Shown: piece after piece, positions 38,101 to 46,056 of the stretch
How the letters are laid out: each line of letters begins with the position of its first letter
Position numbering within the stretch: position 1 is the first letter of the stretch
Origin: Bacteroidota bacterium
GTDB taxonomy: Bacteria > Bacteroidota > Bacteroidia > AKYH767-A > OLB10
Length of the DNA: 64,000 bases
Direction: 5' to 3'
Assembly: GCA_046303115.1 (NCBI GenBank)
Contig: JBKCGZ010000207.1
Location: forward strand, 29-64,028
Notes under the pieces: model-generated
Database searches by the model: none
What the model saw: the letters and a program-made list of their open reading frames with translations, nothing else
What the model was told of the DNA's origin: nothing
Position numbers and translations under genes: made by a program

Positions 38101-38593
38101 ACTGCAAGTTCAAACTACTATTAACAATAGGATCCTGATTATTCCCAATTGATAATCCTCGAGAGATACTCCCAGCCTTATTAAAACCGCCTAACCCAAA
38201 AATGCTTTCTTTATTGGCTGAGTACGTTTCCTTATAAAGCGTATTAGTACCAGCGTTTACTGGATCAAAAGAGTTTTTATCATTTCGTTTCCGCTTGTAA
38301 AAAGCATTATCAAAATTGATTGGATAAACCTTATAAACTATTTCTACTGAATCATTTTTATCACGCGAACTATTTTGCCAGATTAATCTTGCCTTTGAAT
38401 AATCGATACTTGCATCATACTTTTTATCTCTTAAAAATATCAGACTCCCCGGAACAATACTCAACGTATCAATTACAATGGTATCTGTATTTGTTCGGAT
38501 AAACTTTGTTCGGATAGAAGTAGACTGTTGTGCATAGCCCCAATAACTACAAAGCATCAAAATAATAATGAGGAATGGGCCTTTACTTTTCAC
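35123..38593 (-). CDS. large (1156 aa) predicted outer-membrane beta-barrel protein, function unknown
   Basis: The signal peptide ends at the AQQ cleavage site. Amphipathic beta-strand patterning with abundant aromatic residues runs throughout, and the C-terminus is ...MQLRAFF (terminal Phe). Confidence 0.7.
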   Translation of the reverse strand: MKSKGPFLIIILMLCSYWGYAQQSTSIRTKFIRTNTDTIVIDTLSIVPGSLIFLRDKKYDASIDYSKARLIWQNSSRDKNDSVEIVYKVYPINFDNAFYKRKRNDKNSFDPVNAGTNTLYKETYSANKESIFGLGGFNKAGSISRGLSIGNNQDPIVNSSLNLQLSGKLANGIEVVAAITDDNIPIQADGNTQQLQEFDKVFIQLSNEKNRVIVGDFDARNPEGYFLRYVKKGQGLSYLFRDSLIVKNNKKFGLEVGAAAAISRGKFARQLIPGIESNQGPYRLRGAENEFFIIILSGTEKVFLDGQLLERGQDRDYIIDYNTAEIKFTPKRIISKDSRIIVEFQYSDKNYSRSMLTGNVNWKSEKLNTHFNIYSEQDSKNQPVLQDLSEEQKVILANAGDDLTNALYLNEDSVAYNINELLYAKRDTVVNGNTYSIFVYSTTADSAYYRLGFTNVGVKKGSYIALDNIANGRVYQWVAPINGEPQGDYEPYSLLISPKKRQMAVAGIDYAFSEKTKMSFESAVSKNDVNLFANKDKSNDNGYAFRFQLEDKRKIGNDSLSGWSLNTQVQSEFTALNFVPIENYRAAEFTRDWNTNTLLNSANELLVFANVGLLHKTDFKSNYGFKYYHRDGQYEGLMHLINVGLIKDGWNIKADASQLNTEGKLFNSSYFKTRDVIQKKIKLWTPGLSYEQETNQLQSVAKDSLLLGSFSWKTGEVFLIHGDTTKFPIKASVSRRYEDGLINGGFKSATIADVASINFSNIKNNHRINSTINYRKLFIEDTLATTIKGDESFSGRVDYSTTTWKKAIQLNTYYEGGTGTEPKRIYSYIRVADGTGVYAWNDYNSDGIPQLNEFEVAEFKDQANYIRIFSTTNEYTKVVFNQLNFSININPANTLKGKQFINRLVLLSSFKIDNRINADEFKVDYLVPVLTNYSIDQLIANQTSGKHTLFYNRLNPKGGIEFSYLHTGSKQFLSSGIESRSNEVYSSSIRKAIIKEINLLLAAEAGNKRSAAEFFLNRNFKIESWSIIPQIVYQPNATYKVLTTFRNSDKKNILIEGNGERAIINDLSAEFKYSSIKKGVIGIKANYLKISYNGDANTSLAYEMLEGLKAGENFKWQLSIQRNLGNSLQLSLNYEGRKPSGLSIIHTGGMQLRAFF

Positions 38594-38695
38594 GATATAA
38601 AATTAATTAAAACAATGCGCTTGATTGTTGCTTCATATTATTTGTTTTTAATACGCTTCCGTTGACAATTCAACGTTTATTCTTGGTGATTTTAT

Positions 38696-38703
38696 TATTT
38701 TTG
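38696..38703 (+). promoter_or_regulatory. -7 promoter element (TAnnTTTG) for xth
   Basis: TATTTTTG lies 16 nt upstream of the GTG start at 38720. Confidence 0.45.
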
Positions 38704-38719
38704 AGAAAACTATTTTACC

Positions 38720-39484
38720 GTGAAAATTATAACCTATAATGTCAATGGCATTCGTGCCGCTTTTACCAAAGGCCTAGCATCGTGGATACAAACTGTTAAT
38801 CCCGATGTAATATTGCTTCAAGAGACAAAAGCTGAAAAAGAACAAGTGGATATGAAAGAGTTGGAGGAAATGGGCTACCATCATTTTTGGCATTCAGCAG
38901 TAAAAAAAGGGTATAGCGGTGTGGCCTTATTTTCAAAAATAAAACCCGACCATGTTGAATATGGTTCAGGCAATGCAGCTATTGACGAAGAAGGCAGAAT
39001 TATCAGAGCTGATTTTGGAGATTTATCGATTATGAGCGTTTATATTCCTTCTGGATCTAGTGGTGATGAGCGACAAGATTTTAAAATGAAATGGTTGTCA
39101 TGGTTTGAAAAATACATCGCGGAATTAAAGCAACAACGTCCTAAATTGATTATAGGTGGGGATGCAAACATCTGCCATAAGCCGATTGATATTCATAATC
39201 CAGTGAGTAATGCAAAGTCATCAGGATTTTTACCTGAGGAAAGGGAATGGATGGAAAGCTTTATTAATTCAGGTTTTATAGATTCATTCCGGCATTTTAA
39301 CCAAGAGCCACATCAATACTCCTGGTGGACATTTAGAGCAGGTGCAAGAGCTAAAAACTTAGGTTGGCGCATCGATTATTTACTAGCAACTGAAAATTTA
39401 AAAAGTCATTTGGTGCACGCGCATATTCATAGTGATGCAGTGCATTCAGATCATTGTCCAGTGATGCTGGAGATTCAGCATTAA
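38720..39484 (+). CDS. xth: exodeoxyribonuclease III (AP endonuclease)
   Basis: MKIITYNVNGIRAA, LQETK, GDANICH and the C-terminal SDHCPV motifs of the EEP/ExoIII family are present. The start is GTG. Confidence 0.9.
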   Translation: MKIITYNVNGIRAAFTKGLASWIQTVNPDVILLQETKAEKEQVDMKELEEMGYHHFWHSAVKKGYSGVALFSKIKPDHVEYGSGNAAIDEEGRIIRADFGDLSIMSVYIPSGSSGDERQDFKMKWLSWFEKYIAELKQQRPKLIIGGDANICHKPIDIHNPVSNAKSSGFLPEEREWMESFINSGFIDSFRHFNQEPHQYSWWTFRAGARAKNLGWRIDYLLATENLKSHLVHAHIHSDAVHSDHCPVMLEIQH

Positions 39485-40200
39485 TTAATATGCTGACTCA
39501 AATGTTTTGATAAAGACATTTTCGCAAGTGGCAATAATGTCTCAGAGAGTGGAAATTGAAAATCGGAAGTAATACAAAACGCCGCAGGATTCGGAAGCTG
39601 TTGTTGCTTAAGTATTAGATCCTGTTTTATTTTTTCGAATGTATTGGTCAATGTGTACTCGTAAGTGCTATCGTAATTGAACTTTATAGAAGGAAATTTA
39701 TTCTCTACATCATCATACAGCGAGACTTCATACTGATAAACATCGATACTTCGCTGTCCTTTACAGGTAATCAACACAAAACCTTCGCAGGTGCGCATAG
39801 GAATAATTCCCACAGGAGAAATGGTTAAATGATCCTCCACAAAGCGAGCGATTTTGTTTCCTTGATTCAAATATTTCTGAAATAAAGGCAGACTAAAATC
39901 AATAATCGACTGTAACGTAGCCATTACTTTGTCCTCTTGTATGGTCGTTTGATAATTTAATTCAAAAGATTTCGCATTCAAACCAGCTAATTGCTTTGGA
40001 AAATGATTATCGACCGATTCTTTTTGCGATTTAAGATCAAGCAGATTACGATGATGCTTTTTTAAGTCGCTGATGATTGGAAACAACTTCGACTCTGTTA
40101 AACAATGTTCTACCTCTTGCAAATAAGCAAGTACCATGTATTTCTTGTATTCGAAATCGATATGGCTTTCTGTAATCCAATTTTGATTGAGCGAAAACAT
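39481..40200 (-). CDS. hypothetical cytoplasmic protein (239 aa)
   Basis: Clean ORF. Its stop codon overlaps the xth stop within the palindrome TTAA. I recognise no motif. Confidence 0.6.
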   Translation of the reverse strand: MFSLNQNWITESHIDFEYKKYMVLAYLQEVEHCLTESKLFPIISDLKKHHRNLLDLKSQKESVDNHFPKQLAGLNAKSFELNYQTTIQEDKVMATLQSIIDFSLPLFQKYLNQGNKIARFVEDHLTISPVGIIPMRTCEGFVLITCKGQRSIDVYQYEVSLYDDVENKFPSIKFNYDSTYEYTLTNTFEKIKQDLILKQQQLPNPAAFCITSDFQFPLSETLLPLAKMSLSKHLSQHIN

Positions 40201-40330
40201 AGCTTTGTTTTATGATACTTTATACCCCGAACAACGAGAAAGGTTTTAACATTATGGTGTTGAATATTACATTTTTTATTGTGGAATTGAACATACATGC
40301 TCCTTACTTTAGTAACTCTAACTCACAACA

Positions 40331-41329
40331 ATGAAAAAATTAATCCCTTTCCTATTAATTGTCGCAATTACAACTGTTTCATGTGTTCCATCACGACTAC
40401 ACAATGAATTAAAAGCGCAAAAGAACAAGTGTACCCTAGAAAATGATTCGCTGAAAGCAGCCAATTTGAATTTAACTACGCGCAATAATGAATTGTCGTA
40501 TCAGAATGATGCTCATGCAGGTATTGTAGCAAAATTTGAAAGAGAACGTGCCGCCCTTGAAAACGAAATTGCGCAGTTAAAGAAGGATAAAGAGGAAATA
40601 AGCTCAAAATATGATCAGCTTTTAAAAGATGGTTCATTAGCAACAGCTAATACGGAAGCCAATAAAAAACTGATTCGTGATTTACAAAAAACGAAAGAAG
40701 ATTTGCAAAAACGTGAAGATGAAATTGCGAAGAAAGAAAAAGAGCTGAAGCAAAAAGCAATGGACTTAGAAATCTTAAGCAAGGAGTTAGACACTAAAAA
40801 TATTCGTGTTGAAGAATTGGAAAAACTAATTGCTTCGAAAGATTCAGCTGCTCAGGCTTTGAAAAATTCGGTTGCTAACGCACTAATCGGATTTACTGAT
40901 AAAGGTTTAACCGTAGAACTTCGCAATGGGAAAGTATATGTGATGTTGGAAGAGCGACTTTTATTTGCAACGGGAAGTACTGTTGTTGATGCGAAAGGCG
41001 TTGAAGCTTTAAAGGCATTAGCTAAAGTACTAGAAACAGATTTATCCAACGATATTTTGATAGAAGGTCATACCGATAATGTACCAATGAAAGGAGCGGG
41101 AGAAGTAAAAGATAATTGGGACCTAAGCGTGATGAGAGCTACTGCCGTTGTAAAAATTATTACTTCAAACTCGAAAATTAGTCCTGACCGATTAACAGCT
41201 GCAGGTAAAGGCGAATACAATCCGTTAGATACTTCAAACACTGTTGAAGGACGTAAGAAAAATCGTCGCATAGAAGTGGTTATTACTCCTAAATTAGATG
41301 AAATATTTAAAGTTCTAGAAAAGAACTAA
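40331..41329 (+). CDS. OmpA-family lipoprotein with a long coiled-coil stalk
   Basis: The lipobox is ITTVSC. About 170 aa of coiled coil precede an OmpA_C-like peptidoglycan-binding domain (IEGHTDNVP...WDLSVMRATAV...NRRIEVVI). Confidence 0.85.
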   Translation: MKKLIPFLLIVAITTVSCVPSRLHNELKAQKNKCTLENDSLKAANLNLTTRNNELSYQNDAHAGIVAKFERERAALENEIAQLKKDKEEISSKYDQLLKDGSLATANTEANKKLIRDLQKTKEDLQKREDEIAKKEKELKQKAMDLEILSKELDTKNIRVEELEKLIASKDSAAQALKNSVANALIGFTDKGLTVELRNGKVYVMLEERLLFATGSTVVDAKGVEALKALAKVLETDLSNDILIEGHTDNVPMKGAGEVKDNWDLSVMRATAVVKIITSNSKISPDRLTAAGKGEYNPLDTSNTVEGRKKNRRIEVVITPKLDEIFKVLEKN

Positions 41330-41343
41330 ACTACTTGTCAATT

Positions 41344-42456
41344 ATGTTAGCACCACTTAAGAGTATTCTGTCGATTCGTCACTTGCTTTTAAGTGGTTTT
41401 TTTATTTTTCTATTTTTCATGTCTAATGCTCAAGACCCTGTATTGGCTTATCGCGATATGCGAGGATATCTTTATGTATTTGAAAACGGAGGGCCTCGCA
41501 CGTTAGATACTAGACCGGTTCGTGATTTTAAATCGGCTGGTCCTTACGTTGGATATGTTAACTCAGCTAACAATTTAATTGTTTATTACAACGGAGCATT
41601 TACTGATCTTGGCGATGCAACTAATACATCGTTTGATGTCAACTATTCTTTTCTAATCTATAGAAGAGATAATGTACTGGCTGTTTTTGAAAAAGGTAAC
41701 TTAACACGACTATCGTATTTCATCAGAGATTACAAAATAGCAGAAGGACTTATTGTCTTTAGAGAAACAATTGCAGACATTTTAAAAGTATATCGCGATG
41801 GGAATATTCAAGAGTTGGAAACAACACTCGTCGGGAAATTAGGAAATTATGCAGCAGGTAAAAATACTGTTGCGTTTACCAATAGAAACGGTTATTTGAA
41901 AATTTTCGATTCGGGCGATTTGTTTGAAATTGATAATAATGGAACAACAGAATTTGCCTGTGGTAAAAATATTGTTGCTTATACCGACGGAGCAAACTAT
42001 TCTTTTAAGATTTATTACTTAGGGAAAATTGCTACGCTCGAAGAAATAAAAGTACAATCTTATAAAATAGGTGATAATATTGCTGCATATGTTAGTGATG
42101 AAAATTATTTTAAAATTTATTCAGATGGCAAATTGCTTAAGCTGGAATCATTCGCTCCCGATTTCTACGAAGTAAAAGATCAGTGCGTCGTATTTTATAT
42201 CAATAATAAATTTCAAGCGTTGGTAAATGGCGTACGATATGAGCTCGATAACTTTGAACCGATTAGTTATAAAATAAGTCAGAATTGTATTGCATGGGTA
42301 GATCAAAATCAACGACTACATCTTTTTGCTAATGGTAAATCGACGCTTGCTACTACGGAATTATTTTCATCATATGATTTAAACAATAACATCCTTTCAT
42401 TTAATAGCCTTGAGAATATTACCTCTGTTTATTATCAAGGAAAAATCTATCGCTAA
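41344..42456 (+). CDS. secreted repeat protein (~10 units of ~36 aa), function unknown
   Basis: A signal/TM segment is followed by the recurring pattern [VI]A[YF]x6[LF]K[IV][FY]xxGxxxxLE. The track ORF begins at TTG 41335; the first ATG is at 41344. Confidence 0.65.
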   Translation: MLAPLKSILSIRHLLLSGFFIFLFFMSNAQDPVLAYRDMRGYLYVFENGGPRTLDTRPVRDFKSAGPYVGYVNSANNLIVYYNGAFTDLGDATNTSFDVNYSFLIYRRDNVLAVFEKGNLTRLSYFIRDYKIAEGLIVFRETIADILKVYRDGNIQELETTLVGKLGNYAAGKNTVAFTNRNGYLKIFDSGDLFEIDNNGTTEFACGKNIVAYTDGANYSFKIYYLGKIATLEEIKVQSYKIGDNIAAYVSDENYFKIYSDGKLLKLESFAPDFYEVKDQCVVFYINNKFQALVNGVRYELDNFEPISYKISQNCIAWVDQNQRLHLFANGKSTLATTELFSSYDLNNNILSFNSLENITSVYYQGKIYR

Positions 42457-42458
42457 TT

Positions 42459-44054
42459 ATGAAATCAAAAAAACTATTTCTGTTTATTGGATTAGTATTG
42501 CTATCAAAAATAAATTTTGGTCAAATTGGCTTTGCTCCATTAAGCAATACAGATCAATACCGTTATGAAAGTGGACTATATTCCCTATCAAATGAATCGC
42601 ATACTTCATTCAAACCTTATTTGATAAAAGATTTAAAAACAGTTTCTTTTTTTGATTCATTACAGAACACTATTTTGCCTGATAAGCCTTTCTATAAAAC
42701 ACTTGCCGGCAGAAAAATATTTAAAGAACATTTACTCGAAGTTCGTGAAGATGATTACCATTTGTACTTTGACCCTTTAATGGATTTATCAGGAGGAAAT
42801 GATAGTTATAATAGTAAGAGTTTTAAAAATAACACCAGAGGTGCTGGAATTGGTGGTAGTGTTGGAAAACGCTTTTCATTTAATGCAACGTTCTATGAAA
42901 ATCAAAGTACATTTCCATACTACATCGATTCAACTATTAAGTTAACGCGTGTTGTTCCTGGAACAGGGAGAGTGAAAGGAACAGGAACTTATGACTACGC
43001 ATGGGCAACAGGAAGTTTAACTTATGAATTAAATAAACATTTTACTTTTCAATTTGGTAACGATAAAATCTTTATTGGTGATGGCTATCGTTCATTATTA
43101 CTTTCTGATAATGCTTTTAATTATCCACATGTGAAAATAATTACAGACATCTGGAAATTCAGATACGTAAACATTTTTGCAGAAATGCAGGATATTTCAA
43201 TTAAAGACCAACAAGACAATGAACCCTTCCAACGTAAGTATACATCGATGCATTACCTCGATTTAAATATTGGTAAGCGTGCATCTATTGGAGTATTTGA
43301 AAGTGTAGTATGGCATAGCGACTCTACTGGTCGTAGAGGCTTTGATATTGGATATTTAAATCCTTTTATCTTTTTCAGACCCGTTGAATTTTCTATTGGC
43401 TCTCCGGATAATGTGCTAATGGGCTTTAATGCAAAATATAAAATCACCAATAAAACAACTGCATATGCACAGCTAATTCTCGATGAGTTTTTAATCAAAG
43501 AAGTGAGAGCTGGTAAAGGATGGTGGGGCAACAAACAAGGCTGGCAGCTAGGGGTTAAATCGTTTGATTTATTTGGAGTGAAAAACTTATACGGACAATT
43601 AGAATATAACGCGGTTCGTCCGTTTACTTATCAGCATCGCGAAACATTAGGCAACTACGGACATTATGGACAATCGCTTGCTCATCCAATGGGTGCAAAC
43701 TTTTTTGAAATTGTTGGAATTGGAAATTACCGCTACAAGCGTTGGAATGTTGAAGGTAAATTCAATTTCTATGTTGCTGGCCTAGATAGTGGCGGTTATA
43801 ATTTCGGACAAAATATTTTTCTTCCATACGTAACACGCGCGAATGAATACGGTAATGAAATCGGACAAGGAGAGAAACATACGATTAGTATTGTGACGAT
43901 GGCTTTGTATTATGAATTTAATCCTATTACGCATTTATCAGGATTCATTGAAGCAACAAGTAGAAATGATAAGAGTGATGCAAATTCTATTTCAGAAATG
44001 ATTATACAAGCAGGAATTAAAACTCGTTTGTTTAATCGTTATTATGATTTTTAA
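42459..44054 (+). CDS. Wzi-like / RemB-like outer-membrane protein (capsule-assembly family)
   Basis: A signal peptide, beta-barrel patterning and the motif FIGDGYRSLLLSDNAFNYP (as I recall it for Wzi/RemB-type proteins) are present. The C-terminus is ...RYYDF, and a flippase gene is adjacent. Confidence 0.55.
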   Translation: MKSKKLFLFIGLVLLSKINFGQIGFAPLSNTDQYRYESGLYSLSNESHTSFKPYLIKDLKTVSFFDSLQNTILPDKPFYKTLAGRKIFKEHLLEVREDDYHLYFDPLMDLSGGNDSYNSKSFKNNTRGAGIGGSVGKRFSFNATFYENQSTFPYYIDSTIKLTRVVPGTGRVKGTGTYDYAWATGSLTYELNKHFTFQFGNDKIFIGDGYRSLLLSDNAFNYPHVKIITDIWKFRYVNIFAEMQDISIKDQQDNEPFQRKYTSMHYLDLNIGKRASIGVFESVVWHSDSTGRRGFDIGYLNPFIFFRPVEFSIGSPDNVLMGFNAKYKITNKTTAYAQLILDEFLIKEVRAGKGWWGNKQGWQLGVKSFDLFGVKNLYGQLEYNAVRPFTYQHRETLGNYGHYGQSLAHPMGANFFEIVGIGNYRYKRWNVEGKFNFYVAGLDSGGYNFGQNIFLPYVTRANEYGNEIGQGEKHTISIVTMALYYEFNPITHLSGFIEATSRNDKSDANSISEMIIQAGIKTRLFNRYYDF

Positions 44055-44064
44055 TTGAATTAAC

Positions 44065-45543
44065 GTGAGTCAGATAAAAAAGCTTGCAGGGCAAACTGCC
44101 ATTTATGGATTAAGCAGTATCATCGGACGATTGCTTAATTATTTATTGGTGCCTTTTTATACCCGCATATTTGAACCCGCAGCTTATGGTGTTGTTTCAG
44201 AATTTTATGCATACGTTACCTTTCTGATTGTATTATATACTTACGGAATGGAAACTGCTTATTTTCATTTTTCCTCGAAGAAAGAAGGTAATCTAAATGT
44301 GTATTCAAATAGTTTAAGTACGCTTACATTCACTTCTGTTTTATTATCCAGTATTCTGATTTTATTTTCACAAGCCATCGCTAATGGTCTAGGTTATGCA
44401 GATCATCATGAGTACATCATTTGGTTTGCATTGATACTTGCCTTTGATGCTATCACCGCATTACCATTTGCAAAATTACGTCAGGAGAATAGAGCGAAAC
44501 GATTTGCATTTATTAAACTCATCAATATAAGTTCAAACATCGGATTGAATCTGTTTTTCCTTGCATTATTACCTCAAATCACTAACAATAACTCGTTAAG
44601 CGTATTGTACAATCCAGTAATTGGAGTTGGCTATGTGTTCATCTCTAATTTGATTTCTAGTTTGGTTACACTTTTGTTTTTTGCCAACGATTTCCGAGTG
44701 ATAAAATTCAATATCGATAAAGAACTTGTAAAAGAAATGCTCGTATATGCATTTCCGTTATTAATTGCAGGATTTGCTGGAATGATCAACGAAACATTAG
44801 ATCGCGCTATTCTGAAATATCTTGTAATAGATAAATCGACAGCCTTACATCAACTGGGAATTTACAGTGCATGTTATAAACTAAGTATTATCATGACGCT
44901 TTTCGTACAGACCTACCGTTATGCCGCAGAGCCTTTCTTCTTTTCACAACAATCAAAGAAAAACAACAAAGCACTTTATGCTACTATTATGAATTACTTT
45001 GTATTTGTTTGTAGTTTGATTTTCTTAGGCGTGATGCTTTTTATGAATATCGCAAAGTATTTTATTGGCGAAAAATTCCACGAAGGATTACAAGTGGTTC
45101 CTATTCTGTTATTCGCTAATTTATTTTTAGGTGTTTACTTGAATTTAAGTATGTGGTACAAGTTATCGGGTAAAACAAAATATGGAGCATGGTTCTCTAT
45201 TCTCGGTGCCATCATCACCATTGTTTTAAATTTTATCATGATACCGATAATGGGATATATGGGTGCTGCATGGGCTACGTTTATTTGTTATGGAGCCATA
45301 ATGGTTGTTTCATATATCTACGGACAAAAACATTATCCGATTCCTTATAACATCACCGTTTGTATTTCTATAATATTAGCAAGCGTTGTATTATGGCAAG
45401 TGAGTAATTACCTCTTGATTTCTTTTAATACGGGTATGATGATGTCAGTATTAATTAAACTAATTGCTCTATCCATTTTTACTATGTTTTCTTGGACACT
45501 TTTAAAACCATCCTCCACCGTTGAATTAGTTGATGAGCAATGA
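44065..45543 (+). CDS. polysaccharide/oligosaccharide flippase (MOP/Wzx superfamily)
   Basis: About 12-14 hydrophobic TM segments. The N-terminus reads KKLAGQTAIYGLSSIIGRLLNYLLVPFYTR. The start is GTG. Confidence 0.8.
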   Translation: MSQIKKLAGQTAIYGLSSIIGRLLNYLLVPFYTRIFEPAAYGVVSEFYAYVTFLIVLYTYGMETAYFHFSSKKEGNLNVYSNSLSTLTFTSVLLSSILILFSQAIANGLGYADHHEYIIWFALILAFDAITALPFAKLRQENRAKRFAFIKLINISSNIGLNLFFLALLPQITNNNSLSVLYNPVIGVGYVFISNLISSLVTLLFFANDFRVIKFNIDKELVKEMLVYAFPLLIAGFAGMINETLDRAILKYLVIDKSTALHQLGIYSACYKLSIIMTLFVQTYRYAAEPFFFSQQSKKNNKALYATIMNYFVFVCSLIFLGVMLFMNIAKYFIGEKFHEGLQVVPILLFANLFLGVYLNLSMWYKLSGKTKYGAWFSILGAIITIVLNFIMIPIMGYMGAAWATFICYGAIMVVSYIYGQKHYPIPYNITVCISIILASVVLWQVSNYLLISFNTGMMMSVLIKLIALSIFTMFSWTLLKPSSTVELVDEQ

Positions 45544-45866
45544 TTATTAAAAACAATTTTGAAGATTTAAATTCGCTGGAAGAATTTACAAAACATCATC
45601 CGTTAGTTTTAGTTGACTTTTACGCAGATTGGTGTGAGCCCTGTAAAATGCTGGATGAAATTTTATCGGAGCTAGATAAAGACCTTCCATCAACTGTTGT
45701 GATTTGTAAAATTGATATTGATAAAAATCCATCCTTGCAAAAGCACTTTTCAATTATGAGTGTCCCTACTTTAATGATTTTTAAAGAAGGGAATATGGAA
45801 TGGCGAATGCCTGGCTTTGAATTGGCCCAAGACTTAAAAAAGCGCATTGAAGCGTTTTTCAATTAA
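45540..45866 (+). CDS. thioredoxin-family protein with a WCEPC active site
   Basis: VDFYADWCEPCKML and the cis-Pro motif SVPTLMIF are present. The start overlaps the flippase stop (ATGA). Confidence 0.9.
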   Translation: MIIKNNFEDLNSLEEFTKHHPLVLVDFYADWCEPCKMLDEILSELDKDLPSTVVICKIDIDKNPSLQKHFSIMSVPTLMIFKEGNMEWRMPGFELAQDLKKRIEAFFN

Positions 45867-45890
45867 ACTTTAGCCTACTGATATTAAACA

Positions 45891-45919
45891 AGAGAGCCCC
45901 GAAAACGGGGCTCTCTTTT
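45891..45919. terminator. bidirectional hairpin terminator (thioredoxin gene on plus, tRNA-Gln on minus)
   Basis: agagagcccc gaaaac ggggctctct is followed by tttt on plus and ttgttt on minus. Confidence 0.7.
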
Positions 45920-45926
45920 ATTGCTG

Positions 45927-45997
45927 TTGACCGACAAGGACTCGAACCTTGAAAGGCAGAATCAAAATCTGCAGTGTTGCCATTACACCATCGGTCA
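45927..45997 (-). tRNA. tRNA-Gln (anticodon UUG)
   Basis: The manual cloverleaf has acceptor TGACCGA/TCGGTCA, D stem GTGT/ACAC, anticodon stem GCAGA/TCTGC with loop TTTTGAT, and T arm CAAGG-TTCGAGT-CCTTG. CCA is not encoded. Confidence 0.9.
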
Positions 45998-46013
45998 ATC
46001 AACTTTCGCGGGG

Positions 46014-46021
46014 CAAATTTA
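46014..46021 (-). promoter_or_regulatory. -7 promoter element (TAnnTTTG on the minus strand) for tRNA-Gln
   Basis: The plus strand reads CAAATTTA, which is TAAATTTG on the minus strand. It lies 16 nt upstream of the tRNA 5' end. Confidence 0.5.
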
Positions 46022-46056
46022 CACCTTTTATACTTAAATAAAAAGTGTTTTGGTAA

